From assembly GCA_017961515.1 (NCBI GenBank), contig JAGCXC010000019.1, positions 2,803 to 66,802 on the forward strand: a stretch of 64,000 bases of DNA. The letters are read 5' to 3'. The number at the start of each line of letters is the position of its first letter. Position 1 is the first letter of the stretch. The position numbers and the translations under genes are program-made. The stretch is from Clostridiales bacterium. Lineage in GTDB: Bacteria; Bacillota; Clostridia; Acetivibrionales; RGIG10202. Positions 23,527 through 32,114 of the stretch are shown here, piece by piece. The notes below the pieces were generated by a model. That model was not told where the DNA came from, ran no database searches, and was given only the letters and a program-made list of their open reading frames with translations.

Positions 23527-25048
23527 GATCTGTAAATCCTCCTTTAGTGGATTCCTTGAACTCAACTACCGCTTTTTTTATCATATCCTCTGTACCTACC
23601 GTTAGCTCACCAGTATCATGTATGCTACTTATTATCTTTGGATAATTCTCTTTTATATATACAATAAAATCTTTAACAAACTTTCTTACATCCTTCGTCT
23701 CAACATCCATCAAATACTTATTCATTGCTATATATAAAATAACAACTTGTTCTTGTTGCTCAATAGGCATATACTGATCCTGTTTTAGCACCTCCATTAT
23801 TTTTTCACCTTGCATCAGTGTCTCTCTTGTTGTTTTATCCAAGTCCGATCCAAATTGTGCAAAAACAGCAAGTTCCCTATACTGTGCTAGTGTCATTCTT
23901 AATGTACCTGAAACTTTCTTCATTGCCTTTATCTGTGCCGCGCCTCCAACCCTAGATACCGACAATCCGACACTTATTGCTGGTCTTTGTCCTGCATTAA
24001 ATAACTCTTGCTCTAAATAAATTTGCCCATCTGTTATTGATATAACATTGGTCGGTATATATGCTGACACATCCTGTGCCTGTGTCTCTATTATGGGAAG
24101 AGCTGTGATTGATCCTCCACCCAATTCATCGCTTATTCTTGCTGCACGTTCCAACAACCTCGAGTGTAAATAAAACACATCCCCAGGATATGCTTCCCTT
24201 CCAGGTGGCCTCTTTAGCAATAATGACATTGCTCTATACGCTATAGCATGCTTAGATAAATCATCATACACAATAAGTACATCTTTGTGATCATTATACA
24301 TAAATTCTTCTGCTATTGCCACTCCTGCATAAGGTGCAATATACTGTAACGACTCCTTTTGACTGGCAGTAGACGACACAATCACTGTGTATTCCATTGA
24401 GCCAGTTTCCTCTAACTTATTTATTATGTTCGCAACAGTTGATGCTTTCTGCCCTATTGCAACATAGATACATATAACACCTTTGCCCTTTTGATTTATT
24501 ATTGCATCCACAGCTATCGCACTCTTGCCTGTTCCTCTGTCTCCAATTATAAGCTCTCTTTGACCTCTTCCTATTGGTATCATAGAATCTATCGCTAATA
24601 TTCCAGTCTCTAACGGAACACTAACCGATTTTCTATCTATTACACCTGTAGCTTTTGACTCAACTGGTCGCGTTTTCTTAGATAAAATTTCACCTTTCCC
24701 GTCAAGTGGCTCTCCTAACGGACTTATAACTCTTCCTAAAACTTCGCTACCAACCGGAATCTCAATACCCCTACTTGTGCCGTAAACTTTTGTTCCCTCT
24801 TTTATATTAGCGTCATCGCCCAATATAACACAAGCAATACTATCCTCCTCTAAATTCATGGCCATTCCAAACTCGCCATCTTCAAATTTAAGGAGCTCAC
24901 CTTGCATACAATCATCCAGCCCACTTATTCTTGCTATGCCATCACCACACTCTATAACATAACCTACTGTATCTGCAGTAACCTTCATATTATAGTTTTC
25001 TATCTGTGATTTTATAATTTCACTAATATCACAAGCCTTAATACCCAA
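23489..25048 (-). CDS. atpA: F1 ATP synthase alpha subunit
   Basis: 519 aa. Walker A GDRGTGKS, plus [12 protein letters not shown] and [20 protein letters not shown] blocks. A short charged C-terminal extension overlaps the atpG start. Confidence 0.97.
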
Positions 25049-25058
25049 CCTTCATCAC

Positions 25059-25613
25059 CTACTTTTCGTATTTTTGTTCACCAGCCAACATGTGCTCTTT
25101 TAAATTCATTAATTTAGTCCTTAATGTGGCATCAATCACCCTATCTTTATATTCTATCCTTATGCCACCAATAATACTTTTATCCACTACATTTATTACA
25201 TCTATGTCAAAGTCACAAAACTTTTCTTTATACTTGCGCTTTATGGCTTGTATTTCCGCTTCATCTAGCTCTAATGCAGATGTTACCCTAAGTTCTATTA
25301 TGTTATGATAATCATTATACAACTTATTATAACTTTTTTCTATTGATGACAAAAATTTTATGCAATCCTTGTCTATTAAAAGCTTAACAAAATTTAAAAA
25401 GATTCCCTCATTGTCATCTTCTAAAATCTTACTAATAACATTTTTCCTATCATTTTTGCTAATACTATAATTTAGCAAAAATGGCCAAAGCTCTTTTTCA
25501 TTACTACACAACTCTCTTAAATTACAAAGCTTATCTTTGTAGTCACATGTCGCATTTCTCTTTAGCCCTACATCAAATAACGCTTTAGCATATCTTTTGC
25601 TTTCCTCTACCAT
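25059..25613 (-). CDS. atpH: F1 ATP synthase delta (OSCP) subunit
   Basis: 184 aa. The position between atpF and atpA, a YAKALFD start, and the C-terminal IGGIRIEYKDRVIDATLR block. Confidence 0.88.
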   Translation of the reverse strand: MVEESKRYAKALFDVGLKRNATCDYKDKLCNLRELCSNEKELWPFLLNYSISKNDRKNVISKILEDDNEGIFLNFVKLLIDKDCIKFLSSIEKSYNKLYNDYHNIIELRVTSALELDEAEIQAIKRKYKEKFCDFDIDVINVVDKSIIGGIRIEYKDRVIDATLRTKLMNLKEHMLAGEQKYEK

Positions 25614-26095
25614 TATAATACACCTTCTTTATCTAAAAAATTTCTGACAACCTGCTTGTTTGTCTCGTTATTTAGATTAACCTCCATAACCCTAGATGCA
25701 ATTAAAATAGAAAGATCCACTACTTGTTTTCGCAGCTCTTGTACCATCTTATCTCGTTCTTCTTCTATCTCTCCTCGAGCTTTCATAATTATCTTTTCTG
25801 CCTCTCTTCTGGTTTCCTCAATCATGTGTTCACACTCTTTTTGGGCAGCTTCCTTAGCTTCTTTTATAATTGATTCTCCATCCTTTTGGGCGTTGTCCAA
25901 CTGCTCTTTATACCTAGTTTTATATACTTTAGCATCGTTTTGCAATTGTTCTGCGTCATCTATTTGTTTTTTTATGCTATTCTCTCTATCCTCCATTATC
26001 TTCATTATAGGCTTAAAGAGTAACTTTTTTAAGACTACATACATAACAATCAAATTTAGCATTGTCCATATGAATGTAGGTCCAAAATTAAACAT
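25613..26095 (-). CDS. atpF: Fo ATP synthase b subunit
   Basis: 160 aa. A single N-terminal TM helix, then a long charged coiled coil, in the operon position expected for atpF. Confidence 0.88.
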   Translation of the reverse strand: MFNFGPTFIWTMLNLIVMYVVLKKLLFKPIMKIMEDRENSIKKQIDDAEQLQNDAKVYKTRYKEQLDNAQKDGESIIKEAKEAAQKECEHMIEETRREAEKIIMKARGEIEEERDKMVQELRKQVVDLSILIASRVMEVNLNNETNKQVVRNFLDKEGVL

Positions 26096-26147
26096 CTATA
26101 TTCACCCTTCCTCTTCCATATAGGGATATCTTCTCTTAAGGAAACTT

Positions 26148-26178
26148 TGTGAAAAGCAATCTTCTCGATTACTTTTCA
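26148..26178 (-). promoter_or_regulatory. Intra-operon mRNA stem-loop immediately 3' of atpE
   Basis: 13-bp stem GTGAAAAGTAATC/GATTGCTTTTCAC (one G-U pair) with a 5-nt loop. No U-tract follows, and it lies in the 94-nt atpE-atpF gap. Confidence 0.6.
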
Positions 26179-26189
26179 CATATTTTCCA

Positions 26190-26423
26190 TTAACCAAGTT
26201 TAATTATCATCATAATAGCAGCTATAAGACCATAAACTGCTGTTGCCTCTATCAACGCGCCTCCTATTATCAACATAGACTGAATTCTATCAGCTGCCTC
26301 TGGTTGTCTTGCTGCTGCATTAGCTGCCTTTGATGTTGCAACTGCTAATCCTATTCCTCCTACTATGCATGTCAACAACGGTATTACCGCCGCAAACACC
26401 ATCGATACTGGTAACTCTTTCAT
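26190..26423 (-). CDS. atpE: Fo ATP synthase c subunit (proteolipid)
   Basis: Two TM helices around an ARQPE loop, with the carboxylate in ALIEATAVYGL. The start is placed at ATG 26421-26423 (MKELPVS), behind AAGGAGGTG. Confidence 0.92.
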   Translation of the reverse strand: MKELPVSMVFAAVIPLLTCIVGGIGLAVATSKAANAAARQPEAADRIQSMLIIGGALIEATAVYGLIAAIMMIIKLG

Positions 26424-26436
26424 CCTAATCACCTCC

Positions 26437-27198
26437 TTAATCTTCCAATGCATCTCCTATATATATAGTCGATAAAAATACAAATATATATGCTTGCAAT
26501 ATCCCGTCAAATAAGTCAAAATATGCACTCATGATAACAGGAGCCAATATCGGTAGCATTGAATATGTTATCTCCATCGCTATAAATGCACCCAATATAT
26601 TACCAAATAATCTTAAGCACAACGACATTGGTTTTATTGCTAGCTCTAATATATTTATAGGTAACATAACTGCTACTGGCTTACACAATGTTTTTATCCA
26701 TCCTCTAAATCCCTTAAAATAGATAGTAGAAAAAATGATTGTCACTATAGTCATCAATGCACATCCCGCTGCAACATTTATATCTCTTGTTGGCGGGGTA
26801 ATAGAATAACTAGGTATCTTATTAAAAACTTCTAAGTGCGTAATATTATATAAGTCCTTACTTGTAGGTATCACATTAAATATTGATATCATATTAGATA
26901 AACTCAAGAATATCGCCAATGTACCTATATATGGAACAAAATATTTCCAATAATGTCCCATCGTTTTTTTACACATATTCCCAATAAATTCTATAGCCAT
27001 TTCAACTAAATTCTGTTTCTTATCAGGGATAGTCTTAAGATTCCTAGAAAAAATATACGCTATTATAACCAGTGCAACCATAACAATCCACATTGTGATC
27101 ATTGACTCTGTCACAACAATATTTAGTCTTCCTATAGAAAATCTAAATATTTCACGTGTAACTAGCGCTTCTTGTATCTTTTCTTCCATATAAATCAC
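26437..27198 (-). CDS. atpB: Fo ATP synthase a subunit
   Basis: 253 aa polytopic protein. It has the conserved Arg-containing helix (LCLRLFGNILG) and the operon position expected for atpB. Confidence 0.92.
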   Translation of the reverse strand: MIYMEEKIQEALVTREIFRFSIGRLNIVVTESMITMWIVMVALVIIAYIFSRNLKTIPDKKQNLVEMAIEFIGNMCKKTMGHYWKYFVPYIGTLAIFLSLSNMISIFNVIPTSKDLYNITHLEVFNKIPSYSITPPTRDINVAAGCALMTIVTIIFSTIYFKGFRGWIKTLCKPVAVMLPINILELAIKPMSLCLRLFGNILGAFIAMEITYSMLPILAPVIMSAYFDLFDGILQAYIFVFLSTIYIGDALED

Positions 27199-27214
27199 CT
27201 TCTTCTAGTTAAAC

Positions 27215-27598
27215 TCAAAAATTGCTAAGACCACCCAGTATGCCAAACACTACTATTATCAAGCTTCCTATAATGCTTCCAATAACGCCATATAATGTAT
27301 ATACTCCTCCAAAAGTAAAACACGCTATCACAAGAAAAACTACCGTCATCAAGAGCGACATACCATAATTAACTAAACTATGAACCAGCGAATCCTTTTG
27401 GCCCTTTATCACCACATCCATAAGATCACTAATACAATAAAACCTAATATAGCTTATAGCACTAGTAACAACAAAAATAACACCACCGCGAATATCTCTC
27501 TTGATTAAAATTATTAATACAAACACTAGCAGTGTTATTTGGATTATTCGCTCTTCTACATAACTTTCTAGGTCGCTTATCAAGTCATTCTTATCCAT
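27215..27598 (-). CDS. atpI: Small 4-TM protein upstream of atpB, AtpI-like
   Basis: 127 aa hydrophobic protein, called from its position and size only. Confidence 0.55.
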   Translation of the reverse strand: MDKNDLISDLESYVEERIIQITLLVFVLIILIKRDIRGGVIFVVTSAISYIRFYCISDLMDVVIKGQKDSLVHSLVNYGMSLLMTVVFLVIACFTFGGVYTLYGVIGSIIGSLIIVVFGILGGLSNF

Positions 27599-27622
27599 AA
27601 GATTTACCTCTTATCTCTTGAC

Positions 27623-28885
27623 TTAACCTGCTTTTTCCAGTCCATGCATATCATTTATCTCCAAATTTCTAGTGTGCTCTGTATGTGCCCATTCTTTCTT
27701 ACGTCTATTTATAAAACCTGCTATTATTATAGGAACCCACGTCAAGCTATATATCGGCAATAACAAAGAATATACTCCTACTTTAGGTGAAAATTTCCCT
27801 TCTACTGCCACAAATAATATATTAACGTACGTCACTACTAAAACCAATACCAAAAACAAAAGCACATCTTTTCCACTAAAAGTAGCTATGTCTAAACAAC
27901 ATAAACCTATTATACCCCTTACAAACGCATTTACCGTACTTATAACAATCACAAATGGTTGTATCAAATACAACGAAGCATCTATCGCAACCATATCTCT
28001 TTCCTTTATCCCTTTGATAAGTAGTGCTTTTAAATATCTACTTGCACAATCACAATGCCCTTGCATCCATCTTTTTCTCTGTCTACACGATTGCACAAGC
28101 CTAAGCGGCTTTTCATCATAAACTACTGCCTCATGTGACCACGCAACCTTCATATTCTTTTGTATCAACTTTAGCGAAAACTCTAAGTCTTCTGTAAGAC
28201 AAATTGCTCCCCAGCCTATCTCTTTTAAAACATCCATTCTCATAACAAAACCTGTACCACCTAATGCACAGTTTAGGCCTAAATAATACCTTGGCAACTG
28301 AAACAATCTATTACTTATCCAATATGCTATAGAATAATTAGCTGATATCCATGAATCCTCCGGATTTTTACTATCTAAATATCCTTGTATTACTTTATGC
28401 CCCTGACACAACCTTTTATTCATCTCTAAGAAGAAATTCTTAGAAACCAAATTATCTGCGTCAAGTATACAAACAGCATCATATTCTACTTCCATGGCCA
28501 ATAGATTGTTAAACATCCATTCCAGCGAGTATCCTTTTCCTTTTTTTACACTATCAACTCTTTCATAAACTTGAGCACCAACCTCTCTCGCTATTTCGGC
28601 CGTTTTGTCATCACAATTATCCGCTATAACATATATATCATACATGTCCTTGGGATAATCTATGTCATTTAAACTTCTTACAGCACTAGCTATGACCCTT
28701 TCTTCATTGTGCGCTGCTATTAATATTGCAAACCTATTCTTCACAGGAAACTCCGTTGCTGGCACTTCCCCTCTTTTTAGCCAACCAAACGCTGATACAA
28801 TAAAATAATATATAAATACTATCCACAACAAGACTTGCAAAATAAAACCAATTATTGAACTAATTTCATTAATAGATAAATTCAT
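27623..28885 (-). CDS. Membrane-embedded processive family-2 glycosyltransferase (PgaC/IcaA/cellulose-synthase-like)
   Basis: N-terminal TM helix, then IAAHNEE, ADNCDDKT, ILDADN (DxD), LTEDLEFS (ED) and QRKRWMQG (QxxRW), then C-terminal TM helices. The start is placed at ATG 28883-28885 (MNLSINE), behind GAGGGG; the track ORF begins at TTG 28954. Confidence 0.8.
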   Translation of the reverse strand: MNLSINEISSIIGFILQVLLWIVFIYYFIVSAFGWLKRGEVPATEFPVKNRFAILIAAHNEERVIASAVRSLNDIDYPKDMYDIYVIADNCDDKTAEIAREVGAQVYERVDSVKKGKGYSLEWMFNNLLAMEVEYDAVCILDADNLVSKNFFLEMNKRLCQGHKVIQGYLDSKNPEDSWISANYSIAYWISNRLFQLPRYYLGLNCALGGTGFVMRMDVLKEIGWGAICLTEDLEFSLKLIQKNMKVAWSHEAVVYDEKPLRLVQSCRQRKRWMQGHCDCASRYLKALLIKGIKERDMVAIDASLYLIQPFVIVISTVNAFVRGIIGLCCLDIATFSGKDVLLFLVLVLVVTYVNILFVAVEGKFSPKVGVYSLLLPIYSLTWVPIIIAGFINRRKKEWAHTEHTRNLEINDMHGLEKAG

Positions 28886-29200
28886 TTTTATACCCCTCGC
28901 CAAAAAATCATTTATACATACAAATATTGTAAAACCATCAATATAAATAAACAACTTATACTGCCAACCAGTACTTTAATACAATTACTACAAATATCAT
29001 AAATGCGATAGGTTCTTCGACCCTCCTTATAGTTTATAATATGTCCGCTATAATATCAAGTATACAAATTAAATAATTTTACATAAACTAACACAAATCT
29101 TTTTGTTTAATTATGTAGAGATTTCTCAAAAACTTCACCAGCATACTATAACACACTTTTTTTCACTATACAATATTAAAAAATAATCTACCAGCAATTT

Positions 29201-31510
29201 CTATCGGCAAAAATTTATAATTTTTCTAAAAATTCTTATTCTTTTCCCGTTGGTAGCAATAATTATCTGACCACATTCGTCAGTTCTAAATACCTCTATA
29301 TTATTATTCTTTAATCTTTCTAAAACTACTTTTGATGGATGATTAAATCTGTTATCTTCCCCTACGCTAATAACTGCAATTTTGGGATTTACTCTTCTTA
29401 CAAATTCCTCACTCGTTGAGTATTCTGACCCATGATGCGCAACCTTTAAAATATCTGCTCTTAAATTTAACTTATTACTCACCATTTTTTCTTCACAATC
29501 TTTGGTTATATCAGACGTAAACAAAAAATTTTTATCCTTATATTTCACCTTAAATACTAACGAATTATCATTTTCTCCCTCTAATTCTCTATTTATATCT
29601 GGATTCAAAAACTCAATTATTGTATCTTTATCAATAATAATATTATCTCGGCTTTTACATTTATATATATGCGTTTTTCGTGTATCTATTTGTGATATTA
29701 ACTTATCCATATCTCCTCTGTAATTTGTATCAGGTATAATTAATTTGTTAACATCTACACTATTTACAACATTTATTAATCCTCCTATATGATCCATATG
29801 ACCATGAGTCGCTATCATAACATCTATATTAGTCACTTTATTTTTTATAATTTCTGAAGCATTTATGTTTTCTCCTCCATCTATTAAAATATTTTTATTA
29901 TGGTTTGTTTTTATTAAAATACAGTCTCCTTGTCCTACATCCATAAAGTTTATTTTGAAATCTCTGGGTGCAAAATTATACAAAAGTATTATAATCATTA
30001 TTATCCCTGCTATAATGTTCCTATATTTGTTGAAAAAAATTTTTGCTTTATCAGATTTTTTGTACATAAAAATACTTAAAACGATACTATAGTACACCAT
30101 AATACCTGTAATCCCTATATATACTATATTTATTGTTAAAAAATGTATGCTAGATAGCCCTTTTGCTATTATAAAAATAAACTTAAGCATTATCTCTATC
30201 AAAATAGCTATAGGTTTAGCTAAAATATAACTTATTTTTCTTACAATAAGCATAATTATTCCAGCAAAAACACTAACACTATGCGCATTAGATATTAATA
30301 TATTTATTAATATAGAACTTAAGGAAAGTTTATTAAAATAGTAAACTTCTAGAGGCAAAACACCTATATTTACTGCAATACTAACTGACAATATCTCTAT
30401 CAATACTTTGTTAATAGGCTTCTTTTCTAAATACTCCTTTATTTTTTGTGCAAATAAAATTATAGACAACGTGGCAATAAAACTAAACTGAAAACCCATA
30501 CTGTAAAATGAAAATGGATTTATAATCAATATTATCAATGCTGCAACAATTAAATTTAACAAGGTTTCAGAGTTATAAAATAATATCTCTCCCATTAAAC
30601 TTAAAACCGTCATTATAGTAGCCCTTATTAAGGATAGAGTAAAACCAACTACTAGCACATATAAGCCAAGTATTGCAATTAATATTGAGTTAACTAATCT
30701 GTATCTAATCTTGGCTAATTTTAATATACTTCTAAATATTATTACTATATACACTATATTAATGCCAGATACGCTAAGTAAATGAGCTAAGCCGTATTCT
30801 CTAATTTTTTTAATCATATCACAAGATAAATATTGCGTATCCCCTACCAACATGCTTTTTAATAAAGCTGATTCCCTCGGCGCCAACATCTCATCCATAA
30901 TTTTAAATATTTTATGTCGTAGCTTAATTCCTATCTCTAACATCTTATTACTTTTTGTCTTGTCTCCAATTTTTATAAGATCACTCTTTACAAAAACTGT
31001 TCCATATATATTCTTCTCATATAAATATGTCCTGTAATTAAATCCCCCAATATTTCTACTGTTAGTTGGTAATTTAACTTTTCCTACAAAATATATCTCT
31101 TTACCGTATGTATAATTATCTTCAAATAAATCTTTATCTGTTATTAATAACAATTTTCTCGCTATTTCTTCTCTTTTTTGTTTAAATTGTACTCTTGTTG
31201 TTTTTATAACATAACAATACTTATCGTTTTTCACTGTTTTATCTGATATAATATTCGCATTTATTCTGATATTTTTCCCTTTGTATCGTGAAAAACTTGT
31301 GTCCAATTTCATATGTACTGTTATAAAACTACCATAAATACCGAATAAAATAGCAATAAAATATATTAATTTATTCTTGCTATTTATAAAAATTACAACT
31401 AACAAACATAACAATTCTATAACTAAGCATATAGTATAACTTGATGTTACGTTTCCTAAAACTATTCCTAATACATTAAAAATCAAAAATACTATACTTG
31501 GAAACTTCAA
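29201..31510 (-). CDS. comEC: DNA internalization-related competence protein ComEC/Rec2
   Basis: 769 aa. N-terminal OB-like segment, polytopic competence domain, and a C-terminal metallo-beta-lactamase domain (MIATHGHMDHIGG, KVAHHGS). Confidence 0.9.
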   Translation of the reverse strand: MKFPSIVFLIFNVLGIVLGNVTSSYTICLVIELLCLLVVIFINSKNKLIYFIAILFGIYGSFITVHMKLDTSFSRYKGKNIRINANIISDKTVKNDKYCYVIKTTRVQFKQKREEIARKLLLITDKDLFEDNYTYGKEIYFVGKVKLPTNSRNIGGFNYRTYLYEKNIYGTVFVKSDLIKIGDKTKSNKMLEIGIKLRHKIFKIMDEMLAPRESALLKSMLVGDTQYLSCDMIKKIREYGLAHLLSVSGINIVYIVIIFRSILKLAKIRYRLVNSILIAILGLYVLVVGFTLSLIRATIMTVLSLMGEILFYNSETLLNLIVAALIILIINPFSFYSMGFQFSFIATLSIILFAQKIKEYLEKKPINKVLIEILSVSIAVNIGVLPLEVYYFNKLSLSSILINILISNAHSVSVFAGIIMLIVRKISYILAKPIAILIEIMLKFIFIIAKGLSSIHFLTINIVYIGITGIMVYYSIVLSIFMYKKSDKAKIFFNKYRNIIAGIIMIIILLYNFAPRDFKINFMDVGQGDCILIKTNHNKNILIDGGENINASEIIKNKVTNIDVMIATHGHMDHIGGLINVVNSVDVNKLIIPDTNYRGDMDKLISQIDTRKTHIYKCKSRDNIIIDKDTIIEFLNPDINRELEGENDNSLVFKVKYKDKNFLFTSDITKDCEEKMVSNKLNLRADILKVAHHGSEYSTSEEFVRRVNPKIAVISVGEDNRFNHPSKVVLERLKNNNIEVFRTDECGQIIIATNGKRIRIFRKIINFCR

Positions 31511-31538
31511 AACTCTATATTACTCCTTTCTATTTTTT

Positions 31539-31567
31539 AGATTAACATATATTGAAATATTTGTCAA
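31539..31567 (-). promoter_or_regulatory. Promoter for comEC (TTGACA-17-TAATCT)
   Basis: The reverse complement of 31562-31567 is TTGACA and of 31539-31544 is TAATCT, with a 17-nt spacer. Confidence 0.5.
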
Positions 31568-31574
31568 TATATGT
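31545..31574. promoter_or_regulatory. Perfect 11-bp inverted repeat ACATATATTGA-N8-TCAATATATGT, a candidate operator
   Basis: Read directly from the sequence. It overlaps the -35 element and spacer of the predicted comEC promoter and lies about 40 nt upstream of the nrdR -10 element. Confidence 0.5.
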
Positions 31575-31589
31575 AGTTTTTTTCTTTTC

Positions 31590-31618
31590 TGTACATATAG
31601 CACCACATTTGATATAAT
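31590..31618 (+). promoter_or_regulatory. Promoter for nrdR (TGTACA-17-TATAAT with a TGn extended -10)
   Basis: TGATATAAT at 31610-31618 and a weak -35 element TGTACA at 31590-31595. Confidence 0.55.
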
Positions 31619-31648
31619 TATCTTATCAAACTTAAAGGAGATTTTTTT

Positions 31649-32101
31649 ATGAGATGCCCATATTGTTCACATATAGAAGATAAAGTAATCGACTCTAGAC
31701 CTAATGAAGACTCTTCTTCAATTAGGCGGAGACGTGAGTGCCTTAAATGTCACAAGCGATTTACTACTTATGAAAAGATAGAAAATATTCCTCTAATGGT
31801 AATAAAAAAAGACAAGACTCGCGAGGAATTTGACGCAAACAAAATGCTTAGTGGCTTACTTCGAGCCTGCGAAAAACGTCCTGTGTCTGTTTCAACTTTA
31901 GAAAATCTAGTTTATGATATAGAAAATCAAATTTTAACATCATTGACAAAGGAAATTGATTCTTGTACTCTAGGTGAGATTGTGATGGATAAACTAAAAG
32001 ATATAGATGATGTGGCATATGTACGTTTTGCTTCTGTTTATAGACAGTTTAAAAACATAAATGCCTTTATAGAAGAGTTACAAAAATTACTAAAAAAATA
32101 G
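31649..32101 (+). CDS. nrdR: Transcriptional repressor NrdR (zinc ribbon plus ATP-cone)
   Basis: 150 aa. MRCPYCSH...[12 protein letters not shown] zinc ribbon, then an ATP-cone ([26 protein letters not shown]). Confidence 0.95.
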   Translation: MRCPYCSHIEDKVIDSRPNEDSSSIRRRRECLKCHKRFTTYEKIENIPLMVIKKDKTREEFDANKMLSGLLRACEKRPVSVSTLENLVYDIENQILTSLTKEIDSCTLGEIVMDKLKDIDDVAYVRFASVYRQFKNINAFIEELQKLLKK

Positions 32102-32114
32102 AGGAGGCTACTTT

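Noticed and set aside
23489-23565. The atpA/atpG overlap as evidence of a frameshift or pseudogene.
   Set aside because: Both reading frames are full-length with all conserved motifs. The overlap (about 38 nt with the preferred atpG start) is explained by a short charged C-terminal extension of alpha. There is no internal stop or frame disruption.
26190-26423. Na+-translocating type of ATP synthase c subunit.
   Set aside because: The carboxylate is present (IEATAV). However, the position equivalent to Gln32 of the Ilyobacter Na+ site aligns to Leu, and the residue after Glu is Ala rather than Ser/Thr. This suggests an ordinary H+-coupled c subunit.
28886-29200. Possible c-di-GMP or other riboswitch in the 315-nt region upstream of the GT2 synthase gene.
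   Set aside because: I could not find GEMM-I/II-like conserved stretches or any convincing multi-stem structure. There is only a tentative TTGATA-17-TAAACT promoter-like match and AT-rich sequence. A covariance-model scan would be needed to exclude it properly.
31541-31576. Canonical NrdR boxes in the comEC/nrdR intergenic region.
   Set aside because: The arms have NrdR-box-like AT cores but do not form 16-bp palindromes of the acaCwAtATaTwGtgt type. Their centre-to-centre spacing of about 19 bp also does not match the usual tandem spacing. The site is kept only as a generic inverted-repeat operator candidate.
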